The notes beneath the pieces are model-generated. The model saw nothing but the letters and a program-made list of their open reading frames with translations. It did no database searches and was not told where the DNA came from. A stretch of 64,000 bases of DNA from Piromyces finnis finn (Eukaryota; Fungi; Neocallimastigomycota), in the NCBI GenBank assembly GCA_002104945.1, contig MCFH01000084.1:62001-126000 (forward strand), written 5' to 3'. The position numbers and the translations under genes are program-made. Shown here piece by piece: positions 36,285-48,249 of the stretch; position 1 is the stretch's first letter, and every line of letters begins with the position of its first letter.

Positions 36285-39200
36285 TCATGGATCAAAATTA
36301 TGATCTCCATTGGTTGCGCTGGCCCTCCTGGCCTGTCTTACTGTTTCTTCAGCATTGACGCTCTTGGATGTTGCTTCAAACCTTTTGAACATTGACCATT
36401 GCTGGCCAATAGCAAAAGGCATGATTTTGGTTAGAAGTTCCGCGGTTACCGTCAAGAATGGTGTTCCTTCATTAGTACCAGATTGAATCTGACGCTTACA
36501 AAGTTCTTTCCATTCCCTTGAATTGTAATTAATATTGTTAAAACTTCTTCCCCCAAGAAGGAATTTAAATATTTCACTGCACACACTAGAATAATCATAC
36601 ACATTAATATTCACCGGATTATTAGAACTATTACTATCATTAACTAAATTACTATCTAAATTAGAATTATTATCTTCACTATTGCTATCATTACTAATAT
36701 TATTATTTCTATTATTGTTATTATTACTATTGTTACTATTACTATTGTTACTATTACTATTGTTACTATTACTATTGTTACTATTACTATTAATGTTATT
36801 ACTATCTCTACTGATATTATCAATTTCATTATTATAGATAGGACTATTGGAATTACGTTGACTGAAAAAATTTAATAGCTGGACTATGGAATCATAATGT
36901 TTAATACGGATATCTCTAAATGTTGGACAATCTAATAACCAATGTTTAATACTTTGATCTCCACACTTGCAACATGGACAGTAGTTAGGACAAACTGGAT
37001 CAACAAATTTAGCAGCTTTGGCAACTCTAGCATCCAACTTGTATCCGCTTCTTGCTTTCAAGAGCCAGTAGAAGCCATAGGCAAACTCTGGGTACTCATA
37101 ACATAATTTAATAAAATCTTTAGTTTCAATAAATTTATTATCATCATAATATTGCGCTTTGATTGAATTCCCTTTGAGATCTTTCCAATAAAAGTTTTTA
37201 ACTGCTTTAACATCTCCATGTTTCTTTAATTTTTTATCAAGTGTCCTACTTGATTTGCACCACGTGTATTTTCTAAATTTAGGAATGTAATTGACAAGGT
37301 GTGAGATAATACAATTTGAGTTTTTCCATTTGTTAAAACATCTAACCTGAGCTAACGCACATTTGGCTGACAATGGAGGAATATTCAAATCTTTTGAAAT
37401 AGAGTATAAAGATATAAACGATACAGCTTTATGAACTCCAGCAACCCATCGTATTCCTTTGTTAACATGCTTCTGAGCAATCCTAGACCTAGCTTTGTTG
37501 GATCCAAGTAATGGTGCAAAGTATGAAACTCTGCTAATCACTTGTGAGTTAAGTACTAGTTTTTTGAAAGGAATAGGAATATTAGGATTTCTTAAGAATT
37601 TACTGACTGAGAAAAGCCCTTTCAAAACCTTGTTATTAAGAGCTTTAATTACTGGTTTAAGGGACAGATTCTTATCAAATGGAACACCAAGATAAGTATA
37701 GCAATCAGTAGTTGGAATGGGTTGTCCTGCTAAGTAAAATGTTGGATCTCTCTTGTTCTGATTTTCTATTGATTCAGGACGAATCACCATCGTTGAACAT
37801 TTCTGGATACCAAATTCCATTTCATTATACAAGGCCCATTCATTAACTCTTCTAAGCATCTTTTTTAAGCATCCTCTTGTTGGAGCACAAATAACTATAT
37901 CATCTGCAAAAAGTCCACCACAGCATCGAGTGTCACCTAAACTGACTCCTAGATCTTCGCACTCTCTAAATATATCATTAATAAAGAGATTAAAGAGAAT
38001 AGGAGAAAGAGGGCATCCTTGACGGACTCCTTTCTTCACATCAAAAGATTTCGAGAATTGTCCATCTAATTTGACATTAGCCTTAGATGTTAAATATAAA
38101 TTTTTGATAAATTGTAGACTCTTACCTCGGATTCCTAAACAATCTAATTTATGGAGAATATTACCGATTGGGACTGAATCGTATGCTTTCCTGAGATCTA
38201 AAAAGGCCAAATATGTCTCTTTATTATCTAATTGACGTCTACGGCATATTTCTTGGATTGAAATGAAAAGACTGATACTTTCTTCCTTTTTTCGAAAACC
38301 AAATTGTTCAGGTCTAATGAAATTATTCTTTAAACCATATTCTGAGATTCTAGTGGTGACAATTTTGGAAATCAACTTAATACCATTATTGATAAGTGAT
38401 ATACCTCGATAGATATCACAATCTGTCAAATCTCCCTTCTTAGGAATAGAAACAATACTGGATTCATTCCATGAGTTGGGGAAATCTCCATCCCAAATAC
38501 GGTTGAATAATTTAAGAATAAAATTTAAACCATGAGCATCATTATCTGAAGTAGTATTACCAGAAGAATTATTATCTGTAGCATTATTAGAATCATTACT
38601 TGATGGAATTAATGCTTTGTAAAATTCAATTGGAATACCATCCGGACCTGATGCTTTATAATTTGGAGTAGTGAGGATAGCTGACTTGACTTCATCAATA
38701 CTAATATCTTGGTTGATATCCCACTCATCAAGCATAGGAAGTGAAAAACGTTTATTCGTTGGTTCTTCATACCAATGCTCCAAATCAAGACTTACACCAC
38801 TTGGATCTGATGCAAGATTTTCGAAATGATCATGCCACACATCTAGTTGTTCTTCCGTAGCAACAACTAATTCTCCGTTTTTATTTTTAATTGGTTGAGC
38901 AATAAAGAAAGAATCTTTTCCAATTTTTGCAGTTTTCTTGATCCATTTCCAGGCCTTCTTAGGATTATGACTCTTCATATACTCACATCCTGTTTTAATC
39001 CAATGAAGATATTCTTGCTTCCTAAATTCATTACATCTTTTGTGGATGTAATCAATGAGTTTACGGTAGATTTTAATTCTTTTAATAAATTCATCTATAT
39101 CATAAATTCTTTCTTTTTTAAATCTCTTATACAACTTCATTTTGATTTTTTGGAGATTAAAAAATTGTTGTGAAATATGAAATGAAGACTTTATAACATT

Positions 39201-40808
39201 ATTTGCTGAGGTAATACTGAGCTCGTCTGCAATTGAAAAAGCAGTTGAAGTAAACTCTTTGGAAAGTTCATCTGTAGAAACATTAGGATCGTTGAATTTT
39301 GCTGAAAGTATTTGGAATTTATTATGACTGATAATAGATTCCTTTTCCTCAATACATTTTAATCTATTCCATTTCTGAATTTTCTTAGGAACATTAAAGT
39401 CATTAGAAAAATCTTCCATAGGAATAATTTTACCATTAATAAGAAGTGGCTTATGGTCTGATACAGGATAAAAATTATTTATAAATGATCCTGAGTGAAT
39501 AAGATCTTTCATCTTCGAATTGATAAGAGCATGGTCAATGTCGGAAGATTGATCACCTCGAGTCCAAGAGATAGTAGACCCTCTAAGCGGAAGAATTTCC
39601 CAATCTCCTAATCCATTAGTTGATAACCAGTTGGATAATTTTACTTTAGACATATTAAAATCACCAACAAGAATCGATGGATGGGATGAATGAGTTTGTA
39701 ACCACAAGCGAGCTTCTAACTTTGCATGATCAACATAGATGTTGTGATGACTATGAGGCATATAAACATTACCAATCGAGCATTTGAATCTATTCCAGAG
39801 ACTAAAAGTATAAATAGAAATAATATACTTTCCAGAGAAGTTTTCAAGTGAGGCTTGACACGAATTGTGAAAACCTAAATATAAACCTCTCATTCCCGGA
39901 ACTGATTCGTCAGCTTTCTTGAAAAAGTGTCTATAGTTTCGCAAAGTAACACGACAAGGATAATCTGTATTCGATCCAGAACCATTACCAGTTTCTTGGA
40001 AACATAAAAATAATGGTTTGAAAATAGCTGTGAAATAGCTAATACTATCTCTCTTTTCGTGATTCCACCCATTGGTGTTCCAACTAAGACAAAAAGAAAA
40101 GTTATCAGGCTTGTTGGATGAGGAAGAATCGTTGCTATTATTATTATTATTAAAGTCATCGTTATTAATGGATGATGCATCAGAGGAATAAGTAGAACTA
40201 TTACTAGATGGCTGTGAAACTGAAGAACTATCAACTATTGAACTGTTATCAGAGTTGATAGAGCTATTAGAATTAATTGTTGAATGTTGAGATTGAAATT
40301 GTGTTTGCTGTAGATCTGGAATATTTTCATGATTGGAAACTTGTTGAAGATCTTGTTGAAGATCTAGTTGAAGATCGGATTGTTGATGAGATTGTTGAAC
40401 TGATTGTTGAAATGATTGTTGAATAGAATGTTGATGTTTATTAGAAACTAAAATTTTACGTTTGAGAGTGGAAAAAGTGTATTTGTGATTCCTTCTACTA
40501 CGAGCTGAAAAGGAAATTGAGGTAACTGAAAGTTTCTTCTTTAACATGTGTAAGATTTTAATACAATCTTTCGATGAACCATGAACCTTGACTAAGAAAA
40601 AGTGATCATTGAAAGTCTGAAAATATTTAACACTAATAACTGAATTAAATTTATCTTCTAGAATAACCTCGAGTTTTTCCCATAGCATATTTACTGACCA
40701 TGATCGAATACCACGGATAAAGAAGGAGCGAATATCATCTAAGGGGATACCATAAGACCGGGTACCACGTCTGATATAATTCTTGTCTTTAATATAAAGG
40801 ACTGACAT
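36285..40808 (-). CDS. LINE single ORF (N-terminal extension, APE endonuclease, reverse transcriptase, CCHC-like C-terminus), 1507 aa
   Basis: SWNTNG, FQET, VGDFN, IDH, SDHKP (APE); GPDG, YRGISL, DLRKAYD, GVRQGCPLSP, FADD (RT); CPCCKCGDQSIKHWLLDCP. Confidence 0.95.
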   Translation of the reverse strand: MSVLYIKDKNYIRRGTRSYGIPLDDIRSFFIRGIRSWSVNMLWEKLEVILEDKFNSVISVKYFQTFNDHFFLVKVHGSSKDCIKILHMLKKKLSVTSISFSARSRRNHKYTFSTLKRKILVSNKHQHSIQQSFQQSVQQSHQQSDLQLDLQQDLQQVSNHENIPDLQQTQFQSQHSTINSNSSINSDNSSIVDSSSVSQPSSNSSTYSSDASSINNDDFNNNNNSNDSSSSNKPDNFSFCLSWNTNGWNHEKRDSISYFTAIFKPLFLCFQETGNGSGSNTDYPCRVTLRNYRHFFKKADESVPGMRGLYLGFHNSCQASLENFSGKYIISIYTFSLWNRFKCSIGNVYMPHSHHNIYVDHAKLEARLWLQTHSSHPSILVGDFNMSKVKLSNWLSTNGLGDWEILPLRGSTISWTRGDQSSDIDHALINSKMKDLIHSGSFINNFYPVSDHKPLLINGKIIPMEDFSNDFNVPKKIQKWNRLKCIEEKESIISHNKFQILSAKFNDPNVSTDELSKEFTSTAFSIADELSITSANNVIKSSFHISQQFFNLQKIKMKLYKRFKKERIYDIDEFIKRIKIYRKLIDYIHKRCNEFRKQEYLHWIKTGCEYMKSHNPKKAWKWIKKTAKIGKDSFFIAQPIKNKNGELVVATEEQLDVWHDHFENLASDPSGVSLDLEHWYEEPTNKRFSLPMLDEWDINQDISIDEVKSAILTTPNYKASGPDGIPIEFYKALIPSSNDSNNATDNNSSGNTTSDNDAHGLNFILKLFNRIWDGDFPNSWNESSIVSIPKKGDLTDCDIYRGISLINNGIKLISKIVTTRISEYGLKNNFIRPEQFGFRKKEESISLFISIQEICRRRQLDNKETYLAFLDLRKAYDSVPIGNILHKLDCLGIRGKSLQFIKNLYLTSKANVKLDGQFSKSFDVKKGVRQGCPLSPILFNLFINDIFRECEDLGVSLGDTRCCGGLFADDIVICAPTRGCLKKMLRRVNEWALYNEMEFGIQKCSTMVIRPESIENQNKRDPTFYLAGQPIPTTDCYTYLGVPFDKNLSLKPVIKALNNKVLKGLFSVSKFLRNPNIPIPFKKLVLNSQVISRVSYFAPLLGSNKARSRIAQKHVNKGIRWVAGVHKAVSFISLYSISKDLNIPPLSAKCALAQVRCFNKWKNSNCIISHLVNYIPKFRKYTWCKSSRTLDKKLKKHGDVKAVKNFYWKDLKGNSIKAQYYDDNKFIETKDFIKLCYEYPEFAYGFYWLLKARSGYKLDARVAKAAKFVDPVCPNYCPCCKCGDQSIKHWLLDCPTFRDIRIKHYDSIVQLLNFFSQRNSNSPIYNNEIDNISRDSNNINSNSNNSNSNNSNSNNSNSNNSNNNNNRNNNISNDSNSEDNNSNLDSNLVNDSNSSNNPVNINVYDYSSVCSEIFKFLLGGRSFNNINYNSREWKELCKRQIQSGTNEGTPFLTVTAELLTKIMPFAIGQQWSMFKRFEATSKSVNAEETVRQARRASATNGDHNFDP

Positions 40809-41643
40809 GATAATAAATTCTAATTAAAAATATTGAATATAAAATAAATACTAATAAAAATTATAAATATAACGTATATGGAAAAAAAATCTGTCTCTCT
40901 CTCTCTTCTTAAAAGTACTGGATAGTACAAAAATTGTTACGATGCTTTGTTTAAAGTTTCTTTTTTTGAATTCTAGTTGTAAATTTTCTTTAAAAATTCT
41001 AGTTTTGGTTTGTTGTTAGTAAATTCGATTCGCTTTTTGACACTAAACTTGTTTGACTTACTTTTCATTAAATATTTAAATTGGTAAAAAATTTGAATCA
41101 AGAATGTCGACACCAGAAAGCTTGTGAATAGTATTTTTACATGATGTAGAGTGAATCAGTCTCTTACAAGAAACAATACAACAATAGCTACATGAATATA
41201 AAAATACAATGCAAATGCTAAAGTTGACTACATTGGATTCTTACAAGAGAAGAGTAGTACTACATGAATACATGAATAAAAGAAAAAATACAGCAACAAA
41301 ATGTATTACTCTTCTAATTAAATACTATACAAACTTACCTGAATATCAAACATTCAACTTATTCATCAAATACTTAATTCGATGAATAAAATGTTTTTTA
41401 ATCGCTCAGTACCATGAGCTTAGTCCTAATAATTTTCCCTTAAAGACTAACCAAGCATCCATTGCGCAATGTTTGGATTTAATTCTTTCTACTCTCTCAG
41501 TACCATGAGCATGAGTAGACCCCCTTGATAAACTCCATTATTAAATAAATGAAGGCACGTTCCTAAGAGGGCACCAAGCATCCATCCATTGAGCAATACT
41601 TGGATTTAATTCTTTCTACTCTCTCAGTACCATGAGCATGAGT

Positions 41644-41681
<38 letters not shown>

Positions 41682-42460
41682 GGCATCAAATATTTTAAAC
41701 TTTATTATTAATTTAATTAAAATTATAATACATGTAATAAAAAATTAAAAATAAATAAAAATAAAAAAAAATATGTTTAAATAAACACAAATGAATAAAA
41801 ATTGGGTATAATGTATTCTAGTAATTTTAATTAAAGTAAGAAAGCCACTATCATACTAAAGAATAATAATTGTATTTGACTTCCAATGGGACACCGAGCC
41901 AAAGATCAAAATTTTGTCATGGAACAAAATTATGATCTCCATTGGTTGCGCTGGCCCTCCTGGCCTGTCTTACTGTTTCTTCAGCATTGACGCTCTTGGA
42001 TGTTGCTTCAAACCTTTTGAACATTGTCCATTGCTGGCCAATAGCAAAAGGCATGATTTTGGTTAGAAGTTCCGCGGTTACCGTCAAGAATGGTGCTCCT
42101 TCATTAGTACCAGATTGAATCTGACGCTTACAAAGTTCTTTCCATTCCCTTGAATTGTAATTGATATTGTTAAAACTTCTTCCCCCAAGAAGGAATTTAA
42201 ATATTTTACTGCACACACTAGAATAATCATACACACTAATATTCACCGGATTATTAGAACTATTACTATCATTAACTAAATTACTATCTAAATTAGAATT
42301 ATTATCTTCACTATTGCTATCATTACTAATATTATTATTTCTATTACTACTATTGTTATTATTACTATTTCTATTATTACTATTACTACTATTGTTATTA
42401 TTACTATTGTTACTATTACTATTGTTATTATTACTATTGTTACTATTACTATTAATATTA

Positions 42461-42464
<4 letters not shown>

Positions 42465-42526
<62 letters not shown>

Positions 42527-45500
42527 GGCATCAAATATTTTAAACTTTATTATTAATTTAATTAAAATTATAATACATGTAATATAAAAATTAAAATAAA
42601 ATAAAAATAAAAAAAAATATGTTTAAATAAACACAAATGAATAAAAATTGGGTATAATGTATTCTAGTAATTTTAATTAAAGTAAGAAAGCCACTATCAT
42701 ACTAAAGTATAATAATTGTATTTGACTTCCAATGGGACACCGAGCCAAAGATCAAAATTTTATCATGGGACAAAATTATGATCTCCATTGGTTGCGCTGG
42801 CCCTCCTGGCCTGTCTTACTGTTTCTTCAGCATTGACGCTCTTGGATGTTGCTTCAAACCTTTTGAACATTGACCATTGCTGGCCAATAGCAAAAGGCAT
42901 GATTTTGGTTAGAAGTTCCGCGGTTACCGTCAAGAATGGTGTTCCTTCGTTAGTACCAGATTGAATCTGACGCTTACAAAGTTCTTTCCATTCCCTTGAA
43001 TTGTAATTAATATTGTTAAAACTTCTTCCCCCAAGAAGGAATTTAAATATTTTACTGCACACACTAGAATAATCATACACATTAATATTCACCGGATTAT
43101 TAGAACTATTACTATCATTAACTAAATTACTATCTAAATTAGAATTATTATCTTCACTATTGCTATCATTACTAATATTATTATTTCTATTACTACTATT
43201 GTTATTATTACTATTGTTACTATTACTATTGTTATTATTACTATTGTTACTATTACTATTAATATTATTACTATCTCTACTGATATTATCAATTTCATTA
43301 TTATTGATAGGACTATTGGAATTACGTTGACTGAAAAAATTTAATAGCTGGACTATGGAATCATAATGTTTAATACGGATATCTCTAAATGTTGGACAAT
43401 CTAATAACCAATGTTTAATACTTTGATCTCCACACTTGCAACATGGACAGTAGTTAGGACAAACTGGATCAACAAATTTGGCAGCTTTGGCAACTCTAGC
43501 ATCCAACTTGTATCCGCTTCTTGCTTTCAATAGCCAGTAGAAGCCATAGGCAAACTCTGGGTACTCATAACATAATTTAATAAAATCTTTAGTATCAATA
43601 AACTTATTATCATCATAATATTGCGCTTTGATTGAATTCCCTTTGAGATCTTTCCAATAAAAGTTTTTAACTGCTTTAACATCTCCATGTTTCTTTAGTT
43701 TTTTATCAAGTGTCCTACTTGATTTGCACCACGTGTATTTTCTAAATTTAGGAATGTAATTGACAAGGTGTGAGATAATACAATTTGAGTTTTTCCATTT
43801 GTTAAAACATCTAACCTGAGCTAATGCACATTTGGCTGACAATGGAGGAATATTCAAATCTTTTGAAATAGAGTATAAAGATATAAACGATACAGCTTTA
43901 TGAACTCCGGCAACCCATCGTATTCCTTTGTTAACATGCTTCTGTGCAATCCTAGACCTGGCTTTGTTGGATCCAAGTAATGGTGCAAAGTATGAAACTC
44001 TGCTAATCACTTGTGAGTTAAGTACTAGCTTTTTGAAGGGAATAGGAATATTAGGATTTCTTAAGAATTTACTGACTGAGAAAAGTCCTTTCAAAACCTT
44101 GTTATTAAGAGCTTTAATAACTGGTTTAAGGGACAGATTCTTATCAAATGGAACACCAAGATAAGTATAACAATCAGTAGTTGGAATGGGTTGTCCTGCT
44201 AAGTAAAATGTTGGATCTCTCTTGTTCTGATTTTCTATTGATTCAGGACGAATCACCATCGTTGAACATTTCTGGATACCAAATTCCATTTCATTATACA
44301 AGGCCCATTCATTAACTCTTCTAAGCATCTTTTTTAAGCATCCTCTTGTTGGAGCACAAATAACTATATCATCTGCAAAAAGTCCACCACAGCATCGAGT
44401 GTCACCTAAACTGACTCCGAGATCTTCACACTCTTTAAATATATCATTAATAAAGAGATTAAAGAGAATAGGAGAAAGAGGGCATCCTTGACGGACTCCT
44501 TTCTTCACATCAAAAGATTTCGAGAATTGTCCATCTAATTTGACATTAGCCTTAGATGTTAAATATAAATTTTTGATGAATTGTAAACTCTTACCTCGGA
44601 TTCCTAAACAATCTAATTTATGGAGAATATTACCGATTGGGACTGAATCGTATGCTTTCCTGAGATCTAAAAAGGCCAAATATGTCTCTTTATTATCTAA
44701 TTGACGTCTACGGCATATTTCTTGGATTGAAATGAAAAGACTGATACTTTCTTCCTTTTTTCGAAAACCAAATTGTTCAGGTCTAATGAAATTATTCTTT
44801 AGACCATATTCTGAGATTCTAGTGGTGACAATTTTGGAAATCAACTTAATACCATTATTGATAAGTGATATACCTCGATAGTTATCACAATCTGTCAAAT
44901 CTCCCTTCTTAGGAATAGAAACAATACTGGATTCATTCCATGAGTTGGGGAAGTCTCCATCCCAAATACGGTTGTATAATTTAAGAATAAAATTTAAACC
45001 ATAAGAATCATTATCTGAAGTGGTATTACCGGAAGAATTATTATCTGTAGCATTATTAGAATCATTACTTGATGGAATTAATGCTTTGTAAAATTCAATT
45101 GGAATACCATCCGGACCTGATGCTTTATAATTCGGAGTAGAGAGGATAGCTGACTTGACTTCATCAATACTAATATCTTGGTTGATATCCCATTCATCAA
45201 GCATAGGGAGTGAAAAACGTTTATTCGTTGGTTCTTCATACCAATGCTCCAAATCAAGACTTACGCCACTTGGATCTGATGCAAGATTTTCGAAATGATC
45301 ATGCCACACATCTAGTTGTTCTTCCGTAGCAACAACTAACTCTCCATTTTTATTTTTAATTGGTTGAGCAATAAAGAAGGAATCTTTTCCAATTTTTGCA
45401 GTTTTCTTGATCCATTTCCAGGCCTTCTTAGGATTATGACTCTTCATATACTCACATCCTGTTTTAATCCAATGAAGATATTCTTGTTTCCTAAATTCAT

Positions 45501-48249
45501 TACATCTTTTGTGGATGTAATCAATGAGCTTACGGTAGATTTTAATTCTTTTAATAAATTCATCTATATCATAAATTCTTTCTTTTTTAAATCTCTTATA
45601 CAACTTCATTTTGATTTTTTGGAGATTAAAAATTTGTTGTGAAATATGAAATGAAGACTTTATAACATTATTTGCTGAGGTAATACTGAGCTCGTCTGCA
45701 ATTGAAAAAGCAGTTGAAGTAAATTCTTTGGAAAGATCATCTGTAGAAACATTAGGATCGTTGAATTTTGCTGAAAGTATTTGGAATTTATTATGACTGA
45801 GAATAGATTCCTTTTCCTCAATACATTTTAATCTATTCCATTTCAGAATTTTCTTAGGAACGTTAAAGTCATTAGAAAAATCTTCCATAGGAATAATTTT
45901 ACCATTAATAAGAAGTGGCTTATGGTCTGATACAGGATAAAAATTATTTATAAATGATCCTGAGTGAATAAGATCTTTCATCTTCGAATTGATAAGAGCA
46001 TGGTCAATGTCGGAAGATTGTTCACCTCGAGTCCAAGAGATAGTAGACCCTCTAAGCGGAAGAATTTCCCAATCTCCTAATCCATTAGTTGATAACCAGT
46101 TGGATAATTTTACTTTAGACATATTAAAATCACCAACAAGAATCGATGGATGGGATGAATGAGTTTGTAACCACAAGCGAACTTCTAACTTTGCATGATC
46201 AACATAGATGTTGTGATGACTATGAGGCATATAAACATTTCCAATCGAGCATTTGAATCTATTCCAGAGACTAAAAGTATAAATAGAAATAATATACTTT
46301 CCAGAGAAGTTTTCAAGTGAGGCTTGACACGAATTGTGAAAACCTAAATATAAACCTCTCATTCCCGGAACTGATTCGTCAGCTTTCTTGAAAAAGTGTC
46401 TATAGTTTCGCAAAGTAACACGACAAGGATAATCTGTATTCGATCCAGAACCATTACCAGTTTCTTGGAAACATAAGAATAATGGTTTGAAAATAGCTGT
46501 GAAATAGCTAATACTATCTCTCTTTTCATGATTCCACCCATTGGTGTTCCAACTAAGACAAAAAGAAAAGTTATCAGGCTTGTTGGATGAGGAAGAATCG
46601 TTGCTATTATTATTATTATTAAAGTCATCGTTATTAATGGATGATGCATCAGAGGAATAAGTAGAACTATTACTAGATGGCTGTGAAACTGAAGAACTAT
46701 CAACTATTGAACTGTTATCAGAGTTGATAGAACTATTAGAATTAATTGTTGAATGTTGAGATTGAAATTGTGTTTGCTGTAGATCTGGAATATTTTCATG
46801 ATGGGAAACTTGTTGAAGATCCTGTTGAAGATCTCGTTGAAGATCGGATTGTTGATGAGATTGTTGAACTGATTGTTGAACTGATTGTTGAAATGATTGT
46901 TGAATAGAATGTTGATGTTTATTAGAAACTAAAATTTTACGTTTGAGAGTGGAAAAAGTGTATTTGTGATTCCTTCTACTACGAGCTGAAAAGGAAATTG
47001 AGGTAACTGAAAGTTTCTTCTTTAACATGTGTAAGATTTTAATACAATCTTTTGATGAACCATGAACCTTGACTAAGAAAAAGTGATCATTGAAAGTTTG
47101 AAAATATTTAACACTAATAACTGAATTAAATTTATCTTCTAGAATAACCTCGAGTTTTTCCCATAGCATATTTACTGACCATGATCGAATACCACGGATA
47201 AAGAAGGAGCGAATATCATCTAAGGGGATACCATAAGACCGGGTACCACGTCTGATATAATTCTTATCTTTAATATAAAGGACTGACATGATAATAAATT
47301 CTAATTAAAAAATATTGAATATAAAATAAATACTAATAAAAATTACAAATATAACGTATATGGAAAAAAATCTGTCTCTCTCTCTCTTCTTAAAAGTACT
47401 GGATAGTACAAAAATTGTTACGATGCTTTGTTTAAAGTTTCTTATTTTTTGAATTCTAGTTGTAAATTTTCTTTAAAAATTCTAGTTTTGGTTTGTTGTT
47501 AGTAAATTCGATTCGCTTTTTGACACTAAACTTGTTTGACTTTACTTTTCATTAAATATTTAAATTGGTAAAAAATTTGAATCAAGAATGTCGACACCAG
47601 AAAGCTTGTGAATAGTATTTTTACATGATGTAGAGTGAATCAGTCTCTTACAAGAAACAATACAACAATAGCTACATGAATATAAAAGTACAATGCAAAT
47701 GCTAAAGTTGACTACATTGGATTCTTACAAGAGAAGAGTAGTACTACATGAATACATGAATAAAAGAAAAAATACAGCAACAAAATGTATTACTCTTCTA
47801 ATTAAATACTATACAAACTTACCTGAAAAATCAAACATTCACTTATTCATCAAATACTTAAATTTGATGAATAAAATGTTTATTAATCGCTCAGTACCAT
47901 GAGCTTAGTCCTAATAATTTTCCCTTGAAGACTAACCAAGCATCCATTGCGCAATGCTTGGATTTAATTCTTTCTACTCTCTCAGTACCATGAGCATGAG
48001 TAGACCCCCTTGAGAAATTACATTTATTAAATAAATGAAGGCACATTCCTAAGAGGGCACCAAGCATCCATTGCGCAATACTTGGATTTAATTCTTTCTA
48101 CTCTCTCAGTACCATGAGCATGAGTAGACCCCCTTGAGAAACTACATTTATTAAATAAATGAAGGCACGTTCCCAAGAGGGATGAGCATGAGTAGACCCC
48201 CTTGAGAAACTACATTTATTAAATAAATGAAGGCACGTTCCCAAGAGGG
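42465..48249 (-). mobile_element. LINE family 1 copy B, full length; TSD AATATTATTAC
   Basis: 11-mer at 42454-42464 and 48250-48260; long poly(A) tail and intact ORF. Confidence 0.87.
42763..47289 (-). CDS. LINE single ORF (APE-RT-CCHC), 1508 aa, nearly identical to copy A
   Basis: Same motifs as 36285-40808, with only scattered substitutions and length changes in the Q- and N-rich repeats. Confidence 0.95.
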   Translation of the reverse strand: MSVLYIKDKNYIRRGTRSYGIPLDDIRSFFIRGIRSWSVNMLWEKLEVILEDKFNSVISVKYFQTFNDHFFLVKVHGSSKDCIKILHMLKKKLSVTSISFSARSRRNHKYTFSTLKRKILVSNKHQHSIQQSFQQSVQQSVQQSHQQSDLQRDLQQDLQQVSHHENIPDLQQTQFQSQHSTINSNSSINSDNSSIVDSSSVSQPSSNSSTYSSDASSINNDDFNNNNNSNDSSSSNKPDNFSFCLSWNTNGWNHEKRDSISYFTAIFKPLFLCFQETGNGSGSNTDYPCRVTLRNYRHFFKKADESVPGMRGLYLGFHNSCQASLENFSGKYIISIYTFSLWNRFKCSIGNVYMPHSHHNIYVDHAKLEVRLWLQTHSSHPSILVGDFNMSKVKLSNWLSTNGLGDWEILPLRGSTISWTRGEQSSDIDHALINSKMKDLIHSGSFINNFYPVSDHKPLLINGKIIPMEDFSNDFNVPKKILKWNRLKCIEEKESILSHNKFQILSAKFNDPNVSTDDLSKEFTSTAFSIADELSITSANNVIKSSFHISQQIFNLQKIKMKLYKRFKKERIYDIDEFIKRIKIYRKLIDYIHKRCNEFRKQEYLHWIKTGCEYMKSHNPKKAWKWIKKTAKIGKDSFFIAQPIKNKNGELVVATEEQLDVWHDHFENLASDPSGVSLDLEHWYEEPTNKRFSLPMLDEWDINQDISIDEVKSAILSTPNYKASGPDGIPIEFYKALIPSSNDSNNATDNNSSGNTTSDNDSYGLNFILKLYNRIWDGDFPNSWNESSIVSIPKKGDLTDCDNYRGISLINNGIKLISKIVTTRISEYGLKNNFIRPEQFGFRKKEESISLFISIQEICRRRQLDNKETYLAFLDLRKAYDSVPIGNILHKLDCLGIRGKSLQFIKNLYLTSKANVKLDGQFSKSFDVKKGVRQGCPLSPILFNLFINDIFKECEDLGVSLGDTRCCGGLFADDIVICAPTRGCLKKMLRRVNEWALYNEMEFGIQKCSTMVIRPESIENQNKRDPTFYLAGQPIPTTDCYTYLGVPFDKNLSLKPVIKALNNKVLKGLFSVSKFLRNPNIPIPFKKLVLNSQVISRVSYFAPLLGSNKARSRIAQKHVNKGIRWVAGVHKAVSFISLYSISKDLNIPPLSAKCALAQVRCFNKWKNSNCIISHLVNYIPKFRKYTWCKSSRTLDKKLKKHGDVKAVKNFYWKDLKGNSIKAQYYDDNKFIDTKDFIKLCYEYPEFAYGFYWLLKARSGYKLDARVAKAAKFVDPVCPNYCPCCKCGDQSIKHWLLDCPTFRDIRIKHYDSIVQLLNFFSQRNSNSPINNNEIDNISRDSNNINSNSNNSNNNNSNSNNSNNNNSSNRNNNISNDSNSEDNNSNLDSNLVNDSNSSNNPVNINVYDYSSVCSKIFKFLLGGRSFNNINYNSREWKELCKRQIQSGTNEGTPFLTVTAELLTKIMPFAIGQQWSMFKRFEATSKSVNAEETVRQARRASATNGDHNFVP

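Noticed and set aside
41917-42556. Poly-Lys and poly-Leu/Phe ORFs
   Set aside because: They read through the LINE poly(A) tail at a nested junction.
47693-47902. Antisense ORF in the LINE 5' UTR resembling an ORF0
   Set aside because: The reading frame is disrupted in the equivalent region of copy A (~41340), and it has no recognisable motifs.
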